DNA of 61,886 bases from a virus (taxonomy: Duplodnaviria > Caudoviricetes). Within the stretch, counting starts at the first letter, position 1. Every line of letters starts with the position of its first letter. The stretch lies in the IMG/VR virus record IMGVR_UViG_3300025879_000023, positions 1-61,886 of that record; one strand, given 5' to 3'. This document shows positions 55,068 to 61,886 of the stretch, one piece after another. The position numbers and the translations under genes are program-made. The notes under the pieces were generated by a model, which made no database searches, was not told where the DNA came from, and worked only from the letters and a program-made list of their open reading frames with translations.

Positions 55068-55672
55068 TGAGAAGTATTTACGACTTCATTGTGAAGCCAG
55101 TTGGCAAGCGCTATGACAACGAAAAGAAAGTTGGCGATAAAACCTTAATTACTAATTCATCTATTGAAAGCTTTAAATCGGTAAATAATTATGCTGAAGT
55201 TGTTGCGACTCCATTAGCGTATGAAACAGGTATAAGCGTGGGCGATATTGTTGTTATTCACCACAACGTTTTTAGAAGGTTTTACGACATGCGAGGCAAC
55301 CAAAAAGATAGTAGATCAATGTTTATTGACGGCCTATACTTTGTTGCGCCAGATCAAATATATTTATATGGGAATACTAAAAAATGGAAAACTTTTAATG
55401 ATAGATGTTTTGTTATTCCGATTAAAAATAAAGATAGCTTTTCTCTTGAAAAAGAGCAAGAGCTTATTGGTATACTTAAATACGGTAATAGTTCCTTACA
55501 GGCGCTAGGAATCAATCCTGGAGACCTCGTTGGCTACACTCCTGGAAGTGAATTCGAATTTGTGGTTAACGAAAAGAAATTATACTGTATGAAATCAAAT
55601 GATATTGTAATTAAATATGAATACCAAGGAGACGAAGAAGAATATAATCCAAGCTGGTCAAAAAGCAGTTGA
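55067..55672 (+). CDS. Tandem GroES-like domain protein
   Basis: FIVKP...AEVVATP...I.VGD.V..HH and a second CFV.P...G..PGD.VG....E......LY.M half. Confidence 0.6.
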   Translation: MRSIYDFIVKPVGKRYDNEKKVGDKTLITNSSIESFKSVNNYAEVVATPLAYETGISVGDIVVIHHNVFRRFYDMRGNQKDSRSMFIDGLYFVAPDQIYLYGNTKKWKTFNDRCFVIPIKNKDSFSLEKEQELIGILKYGNSSLQALGINPGDLVGYTPGSEFEFVVNEKKLYCMKSNDIVIKYEYQGDEEEYNPSWSKSS

Positions 55673-55889
55673 AGAATTAATAAAAGTAGCTAGAGAAAAA
55701 ATTGTTGATTCAGATGATGATATATCAGCTGATAGATTAAAAAATGCTGCAGCCACTAAAAAGCTAGCCATATTCGATGCTTTTGAAATACTAACACGTA
55801 TTGAGCAAGAAGAACAGCTATTAAATGATGAATCAGCAGATTCGCCGCAAAAAAACTTCAGAGGATTTGCTGAAGGTAGATCTAAGTAA
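55617..55889 (+). CDS. Probable terminase small subunit
   Basis: Helical 90 aa protein directly before terL; ends GFAEGRSK. Confidence 0.55.
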   Translation: MNTKETKKNIIQAGQKAVEELIKVAREKIVDSDDDISADRLKNAAATKKLAIFDAFEILTRIEQEEQLLNDESADSPQKNFRGFAEGRSK

Positions 55890-58114
55890 TGTACGAGCAA
55901 ACGTTATATAAAATACTGCCTGATCATATTAAGTCTAAAACCATTAAAATACAAAATAGGTATAATAAATGGGAATACGGCTATAATAAAGAGCATGATG
56001 TTGTTGTTATAAGCAAGACTGGTAAGATTGGAGAAATATACGAAATACAAGGATTAAAAATAGCTTTGCCATATATAGATAAAGCTTATTTAAGATCTGA
56101 AAATAAATTAGATCAGTACTGGGAAGCTCAAAGTATACCGGCAGAATTGTCAAAGATTAAAACAATTTTTGAGTGGGATACTTACCCAGATCATTTTAAA
56201 AACAAATGGTACGAGTATATTGATCAAGAGTTTGAGTACAGAGAAAAAGGTTTTTCGTTTTACAACAAAGGCGTTCCTACTTATATTACTGGTACACATT
56301 ATATGTATTTACAGTGGACTAAAATTGATGTTGGTCAGCCGGATTTTCGTGAAGCAAATAGATTATTTTTTATATTTTGGGAAGCTTGTAAAGCTGATAA
56401 CAGATGTTTCGGAATGTGTTATCTTAAAAATAGACGTTCAGGTTTTAGTTTTATGTCATCAGCTGAGTTAGTTAATCAAGCTACTATATCGTCAGACGCG
56501 AGATTTGGTATATTATCAAAGTCTGGTGCTGATGCTAAAAAAATGTTTACTGATAAAGTTGTACCAATATCTCTTAATTATCCGTTTTTCTTTAAGCCTA
56601 TTCAAGACGGTATGGATAGACCTAAAACAGAATTAGCTTATAGGGTTCCGGCTTCAAAGATTACAAGAAAATCAGTTGATAAAGTATCTAAAGATAAAAG
56701 TGAATTGCAAGGTCTTGATACAACAATTGACTGGAAAAACACAGGAGACAACTCGTATGATGGTGAAAAATTAAAATTACTAGCACACGACGAATCTGGT
56801 AAATGGGAAAGACCTGATAATATACTAAATAACTGGAGGGTTACAAAAACCACTTTAAGACTTGGTAGCAGAATTATTGGCAAGTGTATGATGGGATCAA
56901 CATCAAATGCTTTAGATAAAGGAGGTGAAAACTTTAAAAAACTTTATTATGACTCAGACGTTACCAAGAGAAACCGCAATGGACAGACTAGCTCAGGATT
57001 ATATTCTTTGTTCATACCTATGGAATGGAACTACGAAGGATTCATTGATACTTATGGAATACCTGTATTTGATACACCAGAAAAACCTGTTGAAGCCGCG
57101 GATGGCTCTTTAATTGAATATGGGGTTATAGAGCATTGGCAAAACGAGGTTGATGGTTTAAAAAATGATCAAGACGGATTAAATGAAATGTATAGGCAGT
57201 TCCCTAGGACAGAGCAGCATGCGTTTAGAGATGAAGCAAAACAATCTCTTTTTAATCTAACAAAAATATACCAGCAAATAGATTATAACGAAGACTTAAG
57301 AAATACTTCAGTTATAACTACTGGTAGCTTTGCTTGGGAGAATGGTATGCCTGACACTAGGGTTGTTTTTAACCCTCATAAAGACGGCAGGTTTAAAATA
57401 AGCTGGGTACCACCTAAACATCTCCAAAATCAAGTGATAATAAAGAATGGCACTAAATGGCCAGGAAATGAACACTTAGGGGCTTTTGGTTGTGATAGTT
57501 ATGACATATCAGGTACAGTTGATCAAAGAGGTTCTAATGGATCTCTGCATGGGTTAACTAAGTTTTCAATGGAAGATGTTCCTCCTAATCATTTCTTTTT
57601 AGAATATATATCCAGGCCTCAAACTGCCGAAATATTTTTTGAAGATGTTTTAATGGCTTGTGTTTTTTATGGTATGCCTTTACTGGCAGAAAATAACAAA
57701 CCTAGACTTTTATATCATTTTAAAAGAAGAGGATATAGAGGTTTCTCAATGAATAGACCAGACAAAGTTTGGAATAAACTTTCTGTAACTGAAAGAGAAA
57801 TTGGCGGAATACCTAACTCAAGTGAAGATATTAAACAAGCGCATGCAGCCGCTATAGAAACTTATGTAGAATCATATGTTGGTTTATTAGATACTGGTTA
57901 TGGGGACATGTATTTTCAAAGAACGCTAGAAGATTGGGCAAGATTTAATATAAACAATAGAACTAAGCATGATGCCTCTATTAGCAGCGGATTAGCTTTA
58001 ATGGCTTGTAACAAGCATAGGTATGTTCCTGCTAATAAAATAGAAAGAAAACCAATTGATTTAGGTTTTAAAAGATACAATAATGATGGTAGTACCTCAA
58101 AAATTATACTATAA
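55889..58114 (+). CDS. terL: Terminase large subunit
   Basis: KNRRSGFS (Walker A), HDESGK (Walker B), GSTSN, GCDSYD, AENNK and D..ISSGLA. Confidence 0.92.
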   Translation: MYEQTLYKILPDHIKSKTIKIQNRYNKWEYGYNKEHDVVVISKTGKIGEIYEIQGLKIALPYIDKAYLRSENKLDQYWEAQSIPAELSKIKTIFEWDTYPDHFKNKWYEYIDQEFEYREKGFSFYNKGVPTYITGTHYMYLQWTKIDVGQPDFREANRLFFIFWEACKADNRCFGMCYLKNRRSGFSFMSSAELVNQATISSDARFGILSKSGADAKKMFTDKVVPISLNYPFFFKPIQDGMDRPKTELAYRVPASKITRKSVDKVSKDKSELQGLDTTIDWKNTGDNSYDGEKLKLLAHDESGKWERPDNILNNWRVTKTTLRLGSRIIGKCMMGSTSNALDKGGENFKKLYYDSDVTKRNRNGQTSSGLYSLFIPMEWNYEGFIDTYGIPVFDTPEKPVEAADGSLIEYGVIEHWQNEVDGLKNDQDGLNEMYRQFPRTEQHAFRDEAKQSLFNLTKIYQQIDYNEDLRNTSVITTGSFAWENGMPDTRVVFNPHKDGRFKISWVPPKHLQNQVIIKNGTKWPGNEHLGAFGCDSYDISGTVDQRGSNGSLHGLTKFSMEDVPPNHFFLEYISRPQTAEIFFEDVLMACVFYGMPLLAENNKPRLLYHFKRRGYRGFSMNRPDKVWNKLSVTEREIGGIPNSSEDIKQAHAAAIETYVESYVGLLDTGYGDMYFQRTLEDWARFNINNRTKHDASISSGLALMACNKHRYVPANKIERKPIDLGFKRYNNDGSTSKIIL

Positions 58115-60526
58115 ATGAATATATACACAAATACCAATAGTTCTTTTCCAAGCCAAGTGGTTAGTGATGCGGAGAAAGCATCGTTAGAGTATGGTATTCA
58201 AGTGGCTAGAGCCATTGAACAAGAATGGTTTGATCAAGGAAGAACTAATGCTAACAGGTATCAAACAAACTATAATAACTTTCATCAATTAAGGTTATAT
58301 GCTAGAGGCGAGCAATCTATACAAAAATACAAAGATGAATTAGCTATTAATGGTGATTTATCTTATCTTAATTTAGATTGGAAGCCAGTACCTGTTATAT
58401 CTAAATTTGTAGATATAGTTGTAAATGGTATGTCGCAAAAAACATACGACATAAAAGCTTTTTCTCAAGATCCAGAATCTTTAAAGAAGCGAACAAATTA
58501 TGCGTTGGCGGTAATGAGGGATATGTATACTCAAGACCTTATTCAAAAAGCTAATCAAATAACTGGTGGTAATTTTTCAAATTCGTCATTAAGCCCTAGC
58601 GAGCTACCAGAAACAAAAGATGAATTAGAGCTGCATATGCAGCTAAGCTATAAGCAATCAGTTGAAATTGCAGAAGAAGAGGCAATAAATAATGTTTTAT
58701 CTGCAAACAAATATGATTTAATTAGACGAAGATTAAATTATGATTTAACCGTACTTGGTATTGCTGCGCTTAAAACGTCTTTTAATAAAGCAAATGGAAT
58801 TGTTGTAGACTATGTAGATCCTGCTTATATGGTATATTCATATACAGAAGATCCAAACTTTGAAGACATTTATTATGTTGGAGAAGTAAAATCAATTACA
58901 ATTGCTGAACTTAAAAAACAATTTCCTAATATAACCGAAGAAGAGTTAAAAGATATTCAGAACATGCCTGGAAATAGCCAGTATGTTTCTGGATGGGGAA
59001 ATTATGATGAAAATACTGTACAGGTTTTATATTTTGAATATAAAACATATTCAAATCAAGTATTTAAAATAAAACAAACAGAATTTGGATTAGAAAAAGC
59101 TATTGAAAAAGATGATAGCTTTAATCCTCCTCAAAACGATAATTTTGAAAGGGTTTCCAGAACTATAGAAGTATTATACTCTGGAGCAAAAGTGTTAGGC
59201 AATAATACTATGCTTGAATGGAAACTAGCGGAGAACATGACTAGGCCATATGCTGATACTACTAAAGTAGAAATGAGCTATGCAATTACAGCGCCTAGGA
59301 TGTATAAAGGTAGAATTGAATCTATAGTTAGTAAGGTAACAGGCTTTGCTGATATGATTCAATTAACGCATTTAAAGCTACAACAAGTTATGTCAAGAAT
59401 AGTTCCAGATGGAGTATTCTTAGATATGGACGGTTTAGCTGAAGTAGATCTTGGTAATGGTACTACATATAACCCAGCTGAAGCATTAAATATGTATTTC
59501 CAGACTGGTAGTGTTGTAGGTAGATCACTTACTCAAGATGGAGAATTAAATAGAGGTAAAATTCCAGTTCAAGAGCTGGCATCGTCTTCAGGGCAAGGCA
59601 AAATAGCTTCCTTAATAAATACATACAACTATTATCTACAAATGATAAGAGATGTAACTGGTTTAAATGAAGCAAGAGACGGTAGTAATCCGGATAAAGA
59701 TGCGCTTCTAGGGCTTCAAAAGATGGCCGCTAATCAATCAAATGTTGCAACTAGGCATATATTACAGTCGAGCTTATATTTAACCCTTAGAGCTTGCGAA
59801 AACATCTCGCTTAGGATTGCAGATTGCTTAGATTTTGAGCTAACCTCAAACGCGCTAGCTAATAGTGTATCTACTTTTAATTTAGAAACATTAAAAGAAA
59901 TAAAAAATTTAAATCTGCATGACTTTGGTATATACTTAGAGTTAGAGCCAGACGAAGAAGAAAAAGCGCAGTTAGAATCTAATATACAAATAGCATTACA
60001 GTCTGGAGGTATTGATTTAGAAGATGCTATAGATATTAGACAAATTAAAAACTTAAAGCTTGCAAATGAGCTTCTTAAATTAAAAAGAAAAAAGAAACAA
60101 GCCGCAATGGAGGCTGCTCAGCTTAATAACATACAAGCTCAAGCCCAAGCAAATGCAGAAACAGCTGAAAAAGCGGCATTTGCAGAGGTTCAAAAACAAC
60201 AAGCTCTTACACAAGAAAAAGTTAATATTGAACAAGCTAAGTCTCAGTTTGAGATACAAAGAATGCAAACAGAAGCTCAAATAAAAAGAGAGCTTATGGC
60301 CGAGGAATTTAATTATCAAATGCAACTAGCACAAATAAGAGCTACTGCTGAAGCTAATAAAATTTCAGAAGTTGAAGATCGTAAAGATAAACGAACAAAA
60401 ATACAAGCCACACAACAATCTGAGTTAATAGATCAAAGAAAAAATGATTTATTGCCAAAAGATTTTGAATCCCAAGGAAATGATGGCCTTGGAGGATTTA
60501 ACTTAGAGCAGTTTACGCCTAGGTAG
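58115..60526 (+). CDS. Portal protein
   Basis: LRLYARGEQS..KYK, LDWKPVPVISKFVDIVVNG and RDVTGLNEARDG; follows terL. Confidence 0.9.
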   Translation: MNIYTNTNSSFPSQVVSDAEKASLEYGIQVARAIEQEWFDQGRTNANRYQTNYNNFHQLRLYARGEQSIQKYKDELAINGDLSYLNLDWKPVPVISKFVDIVVNGMSQKTYDIKAFSQDPESLKKRTNYALAVMRDMYTQDLIQKANQITGGNFSNSSLSPSELPETKDELELHMQLSYKQSVEIAEEEAINNVLSANKYDLIRRRLNYDLTVLGIAALKTSFNKANGIVVDYVDPAYMVYSYTEDPNFEDIYYVGEVKSITIAELKKQFPNITEEELKDIQNMPGNSQYVSGWGNYDENTVQVLYFEYKTYSNQVFKIKQTEFGLEKAIEKDDSFNPPQNDNFERVSRTIEVLYSGAKVLGNNTMLEWKLAENMTRPYADTTKVEMSYAITAPRMYKGRIESIVSKVTGFADMIQLTHLKLQQVMSRIVPDGVFLDMDGLAEVDLGNGTTYNPAEALNMYFQTGSVVGRSLTQDGELNRGKIPVQELASSSGQGKIASLINTYNYYLQMIRDVTGLNEARDGSNPDKDALLGLQKMAANQSNVATRHILQSSLYLTLRACENISLRIADCLDFELTSNALANSVSTFNLETLKEIKNLNLHDFGIYLELEPDEEEKAQLESNIQIALQSGGIDLEDAIDIRQIKNLKLANELLKLKRKKKQAAMEAAQLNNIQAQAQANAETAEKAAFAEVQKQQALTQEKVNIEQAKSQFEIQRMQTEAQIKRELMAEEFNYQMQLAQIRATAEANKISEVEDRKDKRTKIQATQQSELIDQRKNDLLPKDFESQGNDGLGGFNLEQFTPR

Positions 60527-60557
60527 AAACAATTAATTAATTATATATTATTATATC

Positions 60558-61733
60558 ATGTCAGAACTCGTAAAACAAGAGGGGGATTTTAAATTAAAAA
60601 AGAAAAAACCCGCAATGAAAAAGCTTAATAACAATGAAGATGTTATTAAAGTTGATTTAACACCTAACAAAGAAGAAGATGCCATTCAAGAGCAAAGCAC
60701 AGATGAAAGCGTGTTACGCGCAGAACAACCCGAAGTGGAATTGCAAGAAGTGGTCGAAGGAGACGAAAAACCCAAAGTCGTTACCGAAGAGGTTACTGAA
60801 GAAGAGCCAGTAGTTATTCAAGAAATAACTGAAGATGAGGAAGAGGAAGTTAAAGATTTAACAGAACAAGTTGAACAGGCTGTTCAAGAAAATAACGAAA
60901 CAGGTAAACAATTGCCTGAAAATATTGAAAAGCTAGTTTCTTTTATGGAAGAAACCGGCGGAACTGTAGAAGATTATGTCAGATTAAATGCTGATTATAA
61001 TAATGTAAATAACGAAACATTATTAAAAGAGTACTATAAAAAAACAAGACCTCATTTAGATGCTGAAGAAATACAATTCCTTATGGAAGATACTTTTAGC
61101 TATGACGAGGAACTTGATGATGAGCGAGAAGTAAGAAAAAGAAAACTCGCCTATAAAGAAGAAGTTGCAAAAGCTAAGAACTATCTTGAAGATCTTAAGG
61201 GTAAATATTACGAGGAAATCAAGTTGAGACCTGGTATTACACAAGAGCAAAAGAAAGCGCTTGACTTTTTCAACCGATATAACGAAGAGCAAAGCATAGC
61301 TGCTGAACAACACGAAAGATTTAAAGCTGAAACTAAAAAGCTTTTTTCTGATGATTTCAAAGGTTTTGACATCAATGTAGGAGAAAAGAAATTTAGGTAC
61401 GGTATTCAAAACGTTGAAAAAGTAGCTGAAAACCAATCAAACATCAATAACCTAATTAAGAAGTTCTTAAATGATAAAGGGGATGTTGTTGACACGAAAG
61501 GTTATCACAAAGCTATGTATGCCGCCGAGAACATTGACAAAATAGCAGCACATTTTTATGAGCAAGGAAAATCCGATGCTGTAAAAGAAGTTGTTGCTAA
61601 ATCAAAAAATCCAAGCACTGATGTAAGACAAGCCGCCGCAGGCGATGTTTATATCAATGGATTGAAAGTTAAAGCTATTAGCGGTCTTGATTCTTCAAAA
61701 CTTAGAATTAAAACAAAAAAATTTAACAATTAA
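60558..61733 (+). CDS. Capsid scaffolding-like protein
   Basis: Acidic N-terminus; LPENIEKLV.FMEETGG and HFYEQGK.DA; lies between portal and capsid genes. Confidence 0.7.
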   Translation: MSELVKQEGDFKLKKKKPAMKKLNNNEDVIKVDLTPNKEEDAIQEQSTDESVLRAEQPEVELQEVVEGDEKPKVVTEEVTEEEPVVIQEITEDEEEEVKDLTEQVEQAVQENNETGKQLPENIEKLVSFMEETGGTVEDYVRLNADYNNVNNETLLKEYYKKTRPHLDAEEIQFLMEDTFSYDEELDDEREVRKRKLAYKEEVAKAKNYLEDLKGKYYEEIKLRPGITQEQKKALDFFNRYNEEQSIAAEQHERFKAETKKLFSDDFKGFDINVGEKKFRYGIQNVEKVAENQSNINNLIKKFLNDKGDVVDTKGYHKAMYAAENIDKIAAHFYEQGKSDAVKEVVAKSKNPSTDVRQAAAGDVYINGLKVKAISGLDSSKLRIKTKKFNN

Positions 61734-61744
61734 AAAAATTAATT

Positions 61745-61886
61745 ATGGCAGTAGTCGCGCCCGTATATGGGTCAATTAAACCGTCTCAGAAGCAACAACT
61801 TCTTGAGTCAAATTATTTAAACTTTACAGACGGATCTGGAAATGATTTCGCACAACAGTATTTACCTGAAATTTATGAGGCTGAAG
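61745..61886 (+). CDS. Major capsid protein, 3'-truncated
   Basis: MAVVAPVYGSIKPSQKQQLLESNYLNFTDGSGNDFAQQYLPEIYEAE; QQYLPE.YE motif and position after the scaffold gene. Confidence 0.75.
   Translation, partial: MAVVAPVYGSIKPSQKQQLLESNYLNFTDGSGNDFAQQYLPEIYEAE

Noticed and set aside
198-61436. Numerous antisense or nested ORFs in the track (e.g. 4608-5036, 17586-18065, 34890-35417, 61056-61436)
   Set aside because: They are shadows of well-supported genes with no motifs or leaders of their own.
1-61886. Stop-codon reassignment or suppressor tRNAs
   Set aside because: Genes are full length and densely packed under the standard code, and I recognised no tRNA.

Overview
The window is a nearly complete, circularly permuted genome of a lytic dsDNA podovirus related to crAss-like and Cellulophaga-type phages. 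The host is probably a marine Flavobacteriaceae/Bacteroidetes member, judged from the AT richness and A-rich leaders without Shine-Dalgarno sites. The window opens inside a tail ring gene and ends in the first 47 codons of the major capsid gene. The + strand late block (34484 to end, continuing 1-17060) carries many tail-fibre/receptor-binding modules, GroEL/GroES, lysis genes, terminase, portal, scaffold, capsid, tail and ejection proteins. The - strand block (33864 to 17158) carries an array of small early genes behind 9 copies of one promoter-like motif, then a DnaA-domain-IV protein, a Rep-like HTH protein, a sigma factor, ERF/RecE/SSB, primase-helicase, a ThyA-family enzyme, MazG-like enzymes, endonuclease I and RNR. 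I saw no DNA polymerase, RNA polymerase, integrase, tRNA or CRISPR array. Highlights: (1) the ThyA has the Asn-to-Asp switch (PYDIAMY) that predicts dCMP methylation and sits beside two all-alpha NTP pyrophosphatases, suggesting a 5-methylcytosine genome-substitution pathway; (2) the 2212-aa ejected protein contains a sigma-70 region-2-like domain, a zincin motif and a PD-(D/E)XK nuclease motif, which may pair with the 9-copy early promoter cassette array; (3) a GGGAAAG slippery site plus hairpin suggests a programmed -1 frameshift in an ejection protein; (4) three 44-bp 13-18-13 inverted-repeat sites, one covering the start codon of the Rep-like gene. All assignments come from motif recognition by eye; no searches were run.
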